Translations under genes and position numbers: made by a program | Source: Halarcobacter sp. | Lineage (GTDB): Bacteria; Campylobacterota; Campylobacteria; Campylobacterales; Arcobacteraceae | Assembly: GCA_048571215.1 (NCBI GenBank) | Contig: CP182352.1 | Span: forward strand, 832,001-896,000 | DNA: 64,000 nucleotides | Direction of reading: 5' to 3' | The notes under the pieces: generated by a model | Told to the model about the DNA's origin: nothing | Database searches by the model: none | What the model saw: the letters and a program-made list of their open reading frames with translations, nothing else | In this document: piece by piece, positions 50,071 to 58,747 of the stretch | Numbering within the stretch: the first letter of the stretch is position 1 | How the letters are laid out: each line of letters opens with the position of its first letter

Positions 50071-52421
50071 CAGAAAAATAGTTTTGTTTTATCAAGTTGC
50101 TTTTCGCGAAGTTCTTCATTAACATATTTTTTTAACTCTTTACTATCATGGAAAAATTTAAGTAATTGACCGTCAATTTCTCCATCATTTACCATAAAAG
50201 ATAATATTTTAAAGACTTCTGATAATTTTTTGCCATCTTTATATGGTCTATCATTGGCTGTAAGTGCTTCAAAAATATCGGCCAAGTTCATTATTCTATC
50301 TTCTAGTGTTAAATCTTTGGCTTTTAGAGCTCTTGGATAACCTTTTCCATTTAGTTTTTCATGGTGATTTACTGCTATATCTAAAACTTTATTATATTTT
50401 TTGGGAAAGGGTAGAGTTTTTAACATATCAAGAGTTAGTTGAGCATGATTGTTCATTATTTCTTTTTCTTCTTCAGTTAGTGTACCTTTTTTTACAGACA
50501 GATTATAAATCTCATTTTCATTTAATATAGGCATGTTTTTGTTATTTTTGATATAAGTTTGTTTAGAGATCTCTTCAACTCTTTTTATATCTTTATCATC
50601 CATAAATTCAGCACCAATATTGGCTGATTCTAGAAACTTTAAATCATCATTTAATTTAGAAATAGAAAATTCAAATTGCTCTTTTGAAATAAGGTTTTTC
50701 AAATACTCAATCTCTTTATCTCTTTTTATTATCTCAAATCTCTCTTTTACAAGTTCAATTCTATCTATCATACTTTCTAATTTTGTAGATTTATCTATTA
50801 CAGATTCGGGCATTGAAATTTTCCCTATATCATGCATCCATGCAGCTAGTTCTATTTGTCTAAAGTCATTTTTACTATAATTAATATCTTTATAAAGAGT
50901 TTTATCTTTGTGAATAGCCATGGCAAGATAGTTAGCAATTTTCGCAACTTTAGCAATATGTTTTCTGGTATGTTTTGATTTTGCATCTATAGCATGGGCA
51001 ATTGTTGCAACAAAAGAGTTTAAAAATTCTTCTAAATTATTTAATAAATAACTATTTGTTAGAGTCATAGCAGCTTGACTAGCTAGTGATTTAAGTGTTC
51101 TTTCATCTTCTTCGCTAAAAGAGATTATATATTTTGACACCTTTGTTTTATTTATTAGTTGTAATACTCCTATTACATCTTTTTCATGATTTACTAAAGG
51201 TACGACTAACATAGATTTTGACCTATAACCTGTCGATTTGTCAAATTTTTTTGTACCATTAAAATTATAGTTCTTTTCATCATAAACATCAGGAATATTT
51301 ATAATTCTATTTTCTAATGCTGATGTAACTGCAACCATGTTTTTATTTTCACTACCATCTTTTAAGTATAGTGGTAGTGAATCCCACGTAAGATTATCTT
51401 TTGTACCACCCATTTCAATATCTAAAACAGTATTTTGGACAACTTTAAAATCTAAATATTTTTTATCTTTTGAAACAATATACAAAGTACCAGCTTCACA
51501 GTGAGTAAGCTCTCTTGTAAGGGTTAAAATCATTTCAAAAAGTCTATTTTTATCAAGTTCACTAGATAATTCTATATTTATATCCATGATTCTTTCAAAC
51601 TTGTTGTGACTTATGGTATCCTCTTCAATCTCTCCCGTATCCATATGGATAACATCACCTTGTTCAAGGATTTTCCCACCATTTGAAAGTATATTTAGTT
51701 TTTGTATATCTTTTTTCATCTCTTCATAATAAGAAGTTTTTAGATGATAAATAAAAATTTGTAAGTCATCTCTTTTTAGATAAGTATCAATCTCATTTTT
51801 TAAAATTTCAGGAGTAAAATGTTTGCTAGTTTGTGCAAGTTTATTTTGATATGAGGGGAAGGAACACTCTACGAGTAATGACTTAATCTCATTATTATTG
51901 TTTATCAAGTCCCATAAGTCAGGATTTTTATATGTATCTCCACTTATTATATAACCATTTTTAAAATCTTTTATAATCAAAAAACCTAAAGAACCTTCTA
52001 TATGATTTGCTGAGATTGCTGTTATACAAAAAGGATCTATTTGTACTGTTTCATTTTCTTCTATAACTTTAAAAATTAAGGCTTTTTTATCTGAATCTAT
52101 AAGATTTATTTTTGAAAAATCAGGCCAAATTTTATCATTGAAAGTGTGTTTTTTTAAAGATTCAATTGTTGGTTTTGAACCATATATAATTAAAGGTACT
52201 TTTCTTTGTTCATAAAAACTTTCAATAATAAATGGCAAATCATTAATATGGTCAGAGTGAGAGTGAGTTAAAAAAATATGATTTATATCAAAAGTTTTGT
52301 CACCTAAAGTGTTTATTACATTTCCAGCATCGATTAAGATATCTTTATAAATTTGAAATGAGGTAGTACCTGTAAGTTTAGTTTTGTTTCCACTAGCCCC
52401 TAAAACTTTTAAATAATTCAT
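50070..52421 (-). CDS. Class II (MBL-fold) cyclic-nucleotide phosphodiesterase-GAF-HD-GYP fusion
   Basis: LIDAG, THSHSDH, ECSFP; GAF (D..TGYRSKSML..P, GVLQLINK); HDIGK, HHEKLNGKGYP, ADIFEALTA.DRPY. Confidence 0.88.
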   Translation of the reverse strand: MNYLKVLGASGNKTKLTGTTSFQIYKDILIDAGNVINTLGDKTFDINHIFLTHSHSDHINDLPFIIESFYEQRKVPLIIYGSKPTIESLKKHTFNDKIWPDFSKINLIDSDKKALIFKVIEENETVQIDPFCITAISANHIEGSLGFLIIKDFKNGYIISGDTYKNPDLWDLINNNNEIKSLLVECSFPSYQNKLAQTSKHFTPEILKNEIDTYLKRDDLQIFIYHLKTSYYEEMKKDIQKLNILSNGGKILEQGDVIHMDTGEIEEDTISHNKFERIMDINIELSSELDKNRLFEMILTLTRELTHCEAGTLYIVSKDKKYLDFKVVQNTVLDIEMGGTKDNLTWDSLPLYLKDGSENKNMVAVTSALENRIINIPDVYDEKNYNFNGTKKFDKSTGYRSKSMLVVPLVNHEKDVIGVLQLINKTKVSKYIISFSEEDERTLKSLASQAAMTLTNSYLLNNLEEFLNSFVATIAHAIDAKSKHTRKHIAKVAKIANYLAMAIHKDKTLYKDINYSKNDFRQIELAAWMHDIGKISMPESVIDKSTKLESMIDRIELVKERFEIIKRDKEIEYLKNLISKEQFEFSISKLNDDLKFLESANIGAEFMDDKDIKRVEEISKQTYIKNNKNMPILNENEIYNLSVKKGTLTEEEKEIMNNHAQLTLDMLKTLPFPKKYNKVLDIAVNHHEKLNGKGYPRALKAKDLTLEDRIMNLADIFEALTANDRPYKDGKKLSEVFKILSFMVNDGEIDGQLLKFFHDSKELKKYVNEELREKQLDKTKLFF

Positions 52422-52531
52422 TTAATTTCCTATAAAAGTTACAATTTAATTACAATAATTATATAATTTAATTACAACTTTAGCATAATTTTTATTAAAG
52501 TAGTTATTTGTAAAATAGGATTTATTAATTT

Positions 52532-53429
52532 TTATTTGTTTGTTTCATCTTCATCATTCATATTTAGATCATCATACGGATCCATATGAATATTTATAAC
52601 CCACTCTCTTTTAGAGTTTATTTTTTTTATATTATCTTCAATTCTATCACTAACTCTATGGGCTTCCATTAGTGTAATAATACAATCAAATACTAAATGA
52701 ACTTCAACAAAAGTTTGATGTCCAGCTTCTCTTGTCTTAAGCATATGGTAGGTATTTACTCTATTTTCATCTTTTATGATTTTTACAATTTTTTCAACTA
52801 CATTTTCATCTGCTGCTCTATCAAGAAGAACTAAAATACCCTCTTGAATGAGTTCATAAGCTGAATAGATAATAAATAATGATATACCACCCACCTACTA
52901 TTACATCAATAATCTCATAACCAGTAAAATTAATTAATACAAGAGATATTAAAACTGCAAGATTTGTGTAAACATCAGTTTTATAGTGAAGTGCATCAGC
53001 TTTAATTACCATATTATTAGTATTTCTAGCTACTTTATTTAAGTACAATACCAATGAAATAGTAATTACTAATGAGATAATCATAATTATAAGAGAAGTT
53101 CCTAAATAAGTGGAAACCTCTCCATTTATTGCTTTTTTAATTGCTTGATATAATAAAAAAAGTCCAGAAACTGAGATAATAGTTCCCTCAATAACAGAGG
53201 CTAAAGCTTCAATTTTACCTCTACCATAGTTAAAAGTTTTATCAGCAGGTTTTTCAGCATTGTTAATAGCAAAGTAGTTAAACACAGATACAAACATATC
53301 CAAAACTGAATCAATTGCCGAAGCTAAGACGGCAACTGATCCACTTGCAATTCCTACTACAAGTTTTAATACAGTAAGAAGTGCAGCTACACTACTTGAA
53401 ACTACGGTTGCTTTTTTTTGGGCAGTCAT
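52532..53429 (-). pseudogene. Cation diffusion facilitator (FieF-like) split by a +1 frameshift
   Basis: AIDSVLD, YGRGKIE, DALHYKTD in ORF1; EVHL, EAH, IHMDP in ORF2; extra base in CCC at 52890-52892. Confidence 0.85.
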
Positions 53430-53431
53430 AA

Positions 53432-54604
53432 TTAGTAGTTATTCTCTACAAATCTTTTTATTCTTCTGATTCCTTCTTCTATAGTTGTTAAATCAGTAGC
53501 AAAAGAAAATCTAAAATAACCTTCAGTTCCAAAAGCAAGACCAGGAACTACAGCGACTCCTTCTTTTTCCAAAAGATCAGCTGAGAACTTCATAGAATCC
53601 TCATCAACACCTTTTATGTTTACAAAAAGATAAAATGCCCCTTCAGGTTTTACACAAGTTATACCAGGGATTGCATTGAACTGTTCAATTGCTACATCTC
53701 TTCTTTTTTGAAATTCTATTCTCATTTTTTCTATATCATCATCTGCACTTCCATCTAGGGCAGTTACAGCAGCAGCTAGAGTAATTGAGTTGACATTTGA
53801 AGTTACTTGACCTTGAAGTTTAGTCATAGCTTTAACTAAATCTTTATGTGGTGTTGCTATATATCCATATCTCCACCCTGTCATTGCAACAGCTTTACTA
53901 ATTCCATTGATAGTAATAGTTCTTTTAAACATATCTTCACTAACTTGCGCAGCTGCTGTGAATTTTTTTCCATCATAGATTATTTTTTCGTACATTTCAT
54001 CAGAAAATACCAAAATATCAGTACCCTCTAAAACTTTTCCAATGGCAACTAATTCTTCTTCTGAATAAACAGCACCTGTTGGATTTGATGGTGTATTTAA
54101 TAATAAAATTTTTGTTTTTGGTGTAATCGCAGCTTTTAGTTGCTCCGCCGTAATTTTAAAACTAGTTGTATCATCAGTATCAATAAATACAGGAACACCA
54201 CCTGAATATTTCACTTGCTCAGGATATGTAACCCAGTAAGGTGCAGGAATAATAACTTCATCCCCATCTTCAAGTAAACATTGAGCTAGATTAAATAGTG
54301 AATGTTTTGCCCCATTTGATACAATGATTTCATCAAGGTTATAATCTAAGTTATGATCTCTTTTTAATTTATTAATAATTGCTTTCTTGGTTTCTATTGT
54401 ACCCTCTACTGCTGTATATTTCGTTTGACCGTCAATAATAGCTTTTATAGCAGCTTGTTTGATAACATCAGGTGTATCAAAATCAGGTTCACCAGCACTA
54501 AAACTTAGAACATCTTTTCCTTGTGCTTTAAGTTCTCTTGCTAATGCAGTAATAGCCATAGTCACAGATGGAGATAGATTTTCCATTCTACTTGCAATTT
54601 TCAT
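53432..54604 (-). CDS. PLP-dependent aspartate aminotransferase (class I/II)
   Basis: GEPDFDTP, NTPSNPTG, SDEMY, SKAVAMTGWRYG. Confidence 0.92.
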   Translation of the reverse strand: MKIASRMENLSPSVTMAITALARELKAQGKDVLSFSAGEPDFDTPDVIKQAAIKAIIDGQTKYTAVEGTIETKKAIINKLKRDHNLDYNLDEIIVSNGAKHSLFNLAQCLLEDGDEVIIPAPYWVTYPEQVKYSGGVPVFIDTDDTTSFKITAEQLKAAITPKTKILLLNTPSNPTGAVYSEEELVAIGKVLEGTDILVFSDEMYEKIIYDGKKFTAAAQVSEDMFKRTITINGISKAVAMTGWRYGYIATPHKDLVKAMTKLQGQVTSNVNSITLAAAVTALDGSADDDIEKMRIEFQKRRDVAIEQFNAIPGITCVKPEGAFYLFVNIKGVDEDSMKFSADLLEKEGVAVVPGLAFGTEGYFRFSFATDLTTIEEGIRRIKRFVENNY

Positions 54605-54666
54605 TTTTGTCTAATCCTTTAGTAAATTTGGGTAGTATTATATCAAAAAAAACTTATAGAGTAGGC

Positions 54667-55257
54667 ATGAATTTTATAGAAGAAATATTTAATAAAAAAA
54701 TTGAAATAAAAGTGATAAAAAAAAGAACCACAAGACATACTTATTTAGGAGTTAAAAGTGAAAATTTGATAGAGATATCTACAAATATTTTTTTTACTAT
54801 TAATGACGCAAAAAAACTTATAGATAAAAAAAGAGATTGGTTAGAAAAAGCTTTAAAAAATTTTGAGAATAAAACTCTAGCTTCAAATGAGTATTATTAT
54901 TTGGGACAAAAATATGAAATGCAGCAGTTGCAAATAGATATTGATTTTTTTTATAAACAGAAAGCTAAAGAGATAATTCCTAAACTTGTAGATAAGTATT
55001 CCAAACTAATGGGTTTATATCCTACAAACTTAAAATATAGAAAAAATAAAAGAACATGGGGAAGCTGTAACTATAAAAATGGATTAAATTTTAATATTCT
55101 TTTGATGAAGTTTCCCCTTGAACTTGTTGAGTATGTTGTTATACATGAGTTGGCTCATATAAAATATAAAAATCATTCTAAAAGATTTTGGGCTCTAGTT
55201 GAAAAATATTGTAGTGATTATAAACAAAGGGAAAAACTTTTTAAGAGCTTTTTATAA
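54667..55257 (+). CDS. YgjP/M48-like zinc metalloprotein (DUF45)
   Basis: WGSC, YVVIHELAH, NHS..FW; ATG at 54667 preferred. Confidence 0.88.
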   Translation: MNFIEEIFNKKIEIKVIKKRTTRHTYLGVKSENLIEISTNIFFTINDAKKLIDKKRDWLEKALKNFENKTLASNEYYYLGQKYEMQQLQIDIDFFYKQKAKEIIPKLVDKYSKLMGLYPTNLKYRKNKRTWGSCNYKNGLNFNILLMKFPLELVEYVVIHELAHIKYKNHSKRFWALVEKYCSDYKQREKLFKSFL

Positions 55258-55657
55258 TAGCTCTTATCTCTTCAAATCTTTTATGCAGTTTTTCATCACT
55301 TATAGGATTCTCAAATATCCCATAAGAACGCTCTTTATAAAAGCTTTCTTCAGTTTTAGACTCTTGTTTTTTTTCAATTTGATTTGTTACGAAAAATTTT
55401 AAATCTTCTATATTAGCAATGTTGGCTTTTTTTAATAGCGTATTTATTAAACTCTTGTTATACTCAAACTCCATTTTATAAACAGGGTGGGTTAATACAA
55501 AATATAGAGTTTGTCTCTTTACATAGGCAAATTTTATCCCTTTTTTTAACTTCAAAGGTAGAATTTCAATAAACCTTTGAATAGTTTCATGGGTATTAAT
55601 CTTCCTAAATTCAGGATAATTTTTAATATGAGAAAGTATTTCATTAATTTTTTTCAT
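55241..55657 (-). CDS. DUF721/DciA-like protein
   Basis: L.F...HP..KMEF pattern, size and basic tail resemble Campylobacterota DUF721 proteins. Confidence 0.6.
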   Translation of the reverse strand: MKKINEILSHIKNYPEFRKINTHETIQRFIEILPLKLKKGIKFAYVKRQTLYFVLTHPVYKMEFEYNKSLINTLLKKANIANIEDLKFFVTNQIEKKQESKTEESFYKERSYGIFENPISDEKLHKRFEEIRAIIKSS

Positions 55658-55753
55658 GCTTTTATTATAGCAGGAATTTTATTATCTTTTAGTGGGTGTG
55701 GCTATAAAGCAGCGCCAACTTATGTAGATTCTAGTAAAGAAGTATCAAAATAA
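55628..55753 (+). CDS. 41-aa lipoprotein, LptM/YifL-like (below the ORF-track length cutoff)
   Basis: MRKYFINFFHAFIIAGILLSFSGCGYKAAPTYVDSSKEVSK*; lipobox FSGC, CGxKxxP; TAATG overlap with nadB. Confidence 0.75.
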   Translation: MRKYFINFFHAFIIAGILLSFSGCGYKAAPTYVDSSKEVSK

Positions 55754-57207
55754 TGGTTTATGATTATGTAATTATTGGTTCAGGTGTTGCTGGACTAAAT
55801 GCTGCAAGGTTAATTCCAAAATCAAAAAAAGTTTTAATCTTATGTAAAAAAGAACCTTGGGAGTGTAATACCTTTTATGCCCAAGGTGGAGTTGCAACTG
55901 CTATTGATAGTAGTGATATTCCTGACCACATAAAAGATACTCTAACAGCAGGTGCCCAATACAATGACAAAGCAGCAGTACAACTTCTAAGTGAGAACTC
56001 ATTTTCTTGTATACATGATTTGATTGATAGTGGACTTCAATTTGATTTAAATGCAAAAGGTGAATTAGCATTTACAAAAGAAGCAGCCCATAGTAGAAGT
56101 AGAATTTTACATGCAGATGGAGATGCTACAGGAAGAATGTTACATCTTTTCTTATTGACTCAATGTAAACATCAAATAGTTACAAATGCAGTTGTAAATG
56201 ACTTATTGATAGAAAATAATATTTGTTATGGGGTTCAATACTATATAAGTGAAACAGAACAAAAAGTGGCATATGCTCATAATACTATTATTGCAAGTGG
56301 AGGAGTTGGTTCTATTTATAAATACCATACAAATTCAGTTACTGTTGCAGGAGAGATACAAGGTATTTGCTTTGAAAAAGGGTTTAAATTAAAAGATATG
56401 GAGATGATGCAATTTCATCCAACTGTATTTAAAGGAACCTCTTTTGCTAGAAAAGCTTTATTAAGTGAAGCTTTAAGAGGCGAGGGTGCTTATGTGGTTG
56501 ATGAAAATGGATATAGATTTTTATTTGATTATCACAAAGATGGAGAGTTAGCCCCAAGAGATGTAGTGAGTAGGTCTATTTTTGATTATAATAAAAAGAC
56601 AGGATTAGGAATTTTCTTATCTTTTGAAAGCTTTGAAAAAAGTGCTTTTAGAAAAAGATTTCCAAATATTTACTCAAACTTTAATGACTTAGGTTATGAT
56701 TTACCTTTTGAAAAAGTTCCTATTTCTCCTGCCTTCCATTATGCGATGGGGGGAATAGCAAGTTCATTAGATGCAAAAGTTTTAGGTATGAAAAATCTTT
56801 ATGTAATAGGTGAAGCTGCTTGTACTGGAGTGCATGGTGCAAATAGATTAGCCTCAAACTCTCTTTTAGAAGGGATTGTATTTTCTAAAATAGCAGTAGA
56901 TGATAGTATGAAAAATAATTTTAAAATAGATAAACAAAACTATACAAAAACAATAAATATCTATACAAGAAATAAAGAAATTGATAAATCTATCAAAGAT
57001 AGAGTAAGAAAACTTATGTGGGAAAATGCGGCAATTGTAAGGGAAAAAGATTCATTGCAAAGTGCTTTAGATGAGATTAAAGAGTTTTTAAAAGAAGATA
57101 TAGGTAGACTATTGTTTTTAAGATTGTTAACAGCACAATCTATATTAAAAGCTGCAATTGAAAGAAAAGACTCACTTGGAGCACACTTTATTAAGGAGAA
57201 ACAATGA
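55753..57207 (+). CDS. nadB: L-aspartate oxidase
   Basis: IIGSGVAG, AQGGVA, EAAHS..RILHA, QFHPT, HGANRLASNSLLE. Confidence 0.93.
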   Translation: MVYDYVIIGSGVAGLNAARLIPKSKKVLILCKKEPWECNTFYAQGGVATAIDSSDIPDHIKDTLTAGAQYNDKAAVQLLSENSFSCIHDLIDSGLQFDLNAKGELAFTKEAAHSRSRILHADGDATGRMLHLFLLTQCKHQIVTNAVVNDLLIENNICYGVQYYISETEQKVAYAHNTIIASGGVGSIYKYHTNSVTVAGEIQGICFEKGFKLKDMEMMQFHPTVFKGTSFARKALLSEALRGEGAYVVDENGYRFLFDYHKDGELAPRDVVSRSIFDYNKKTGLGIFLSFESFEKSAFRKRFPNIYSNFNDLGYDLPFEKVPISPAFHYAMGGIASSLDAKVLGMKNLYVIGEAACTGVHGANRLASNSLLEGIVFSKIAVDDSMKNNFKIDKQNYTKTINIYTRNKEIDKSIKDRVRKLMWENAAIVREKDSLQSALDEIKEFLKEDIGRLLFLRLLTAQSILKAAIERKDSLGAHFIKEKQ

Positions 57208-58586
57208 TAAAAGTCTTGATGACATTACTGTTATCATCAGTTGCGTTATTCGCAAGCGCAGGAGCAAGTACGGAAGCGATTCCAGATTTAACTATGACAT
57301 GGGTGGGATTTGCATGTCTATTTATTTTTGTAGTGGGATATTATTTCGTTGCTGCTGAAGAAAAGTATGAGATAGATAAGGCAAAACCAGCATTATTTAT
57401 TGGTACATTTATGTTTATATTAGTTGCATTATATTATGCATTAAACCATTTAAATATGGATTTGGTTCACACTCAAGCACAACATCTAATTTTAGAGATA
57501 GCTGAGATTTTCTTCTTCTTATTTGTTGCTATGACATATATTGAGTCTCTTATACATATGGGAGTGTTTGATAGATTAAAGTATAATCTTGTATCAAAAG
57601 GTTACACATATAGAAAACTTTATTGGGTAACAGGATTTATTGCATTTTTCCTATCACCAATTGCAGATAACTTAACAACTGCACTTATTCTTTCAACTGT
57701 ATTAATTACAATTGAAAAAACAAGAAAAGATTTCTTAGTTCCTGGTGCTATTAATATAGTAGTTGCTGCAAATGCAGGTGGGGCTTGGTCTCCATTTGGT
57801 GATATTACAACACTTATGGCATGGACAGCAGGAAAGGGTGTGTTTTCAGATTTCTTATATTTATTCCCATCAGCTATTTTAGGGTATTTAGTTACGGCAT
57901 TTTTACTTTCAAAAGTTGTTCCAAATACAATCCCTGATTTTGATGTAACAAAAGAGAAAAAACCAGAAATGGCTCAAGGTGCAAAGGCTGTAATGGCACT
58001 TGGTGTGTTTACAATCTTCTGTGCAGTTATGTCTCATCAAGTTTTACATCTACCAGCTATGTGGGGTATGATGTTTGGTTTATCTTTATTAAAAGTTTAT
58101 TCTTATGGTTTAAAGAAAAAATATGGAACTGATCATTTTAATATTTTTCATTCAATGGCAAAAATCGAAAATAATACACTAATGTTTTTCTTTGGTATTT
58201 TAGCAGCTGTAGGAGCATTGTATTTTATTGGATGGTTAGCATTTGCTTCTCATGTATACGATCCATCAGTTTTAGGTCCAACAGTAGCAAATATTGGGGT
58301 TGGATTTTTATCAGCAATCGTGGATAATGTTCCTGTTATGTCAGCTGTTCTTAAAGCAAACCCAGAAATGGGACTTGACCAATGGATGTTAGTTACTTTA
58401 ACAGCAGGAGTTGGTGGGTCACTAATCTCTTTTGGTAGTGCAGCTGGTGTTGGTGTTATGGGTAAACTTCATGGAATCTATACTTTTGGTTCACATATGA
58501 AATATTCATGGACTATTCTTTTAGGATATATTGTTTCTTGTTCTGTATGGTATTTTCAATATCATATTTTAGGGATTAGTCACTAA
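57204..58586 (+). CDS. nhaD: Na+/H+ antiporter NhaD
   Basis: DNLTTAL, ANAGGAWSPFGDITT, SAIVDNVP, GSAAGV. Confidence 0.92.
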   Translation: MIKVLMTLLLSSVALFASAGASTEAIPDLTMTWVGFACLFIFVVGYYFVAAEEKYEIDKAKPALFIGTFMFILVALYYALNHLNMDLVHTQAQHLILEIAEIFFFLFVAMTYIESLIHMGVFDRLKYNLVSKGYTYRKLYWVTGFIAFFLSPIADNLTTALILSTVLITIEKTRKDFLVPGAINIVVAANAGGAWSPFGDITTLMAWTAGKGVFSDFLYLFPSAILGYLVTAFLLSKVVPNTIPDFDVTKEKKPEMAQGAKAVMALGVFTIFCAVMSHQVLHLPAMWGMMFGLSLLKVYSYGLKKKYGTDHFNIFHSMAKIENNTLMFFFGILAAVGALYFIGWLAFASHVYDPSVLGPTVANIGVGFLSAIVDNVPVMSAVLKANPEMGLDQWMLVTLTAGVGGSLISFGSAAGVGVMGKLHGIYTFGSHMKYSWTILLGYIVSCSVWYFQYHILGISH

Positions 58587-58593
58587 TTTAATT

Positions 58594-58625
58594 TAAATAA
58601 AGAAGAGCCTTTTCTTCTTTATTTA
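58594..58625 (+). terminator. Hairpin after nhaD
   Basis: TAAATAAAGAAGA-N6-TCTTCTTTATTTA. Confidence 0.55.
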
Positions 58626-58747
58626 TTACTATATAAACTCTTTTGTTAAAACTTTTAATAATATTTAACAATCTTCATATTATTTATTATTTTATTAATA
58701 AATTTATCTTATACTAATTATCAAATTCTATTATTTAAGGATTATGC

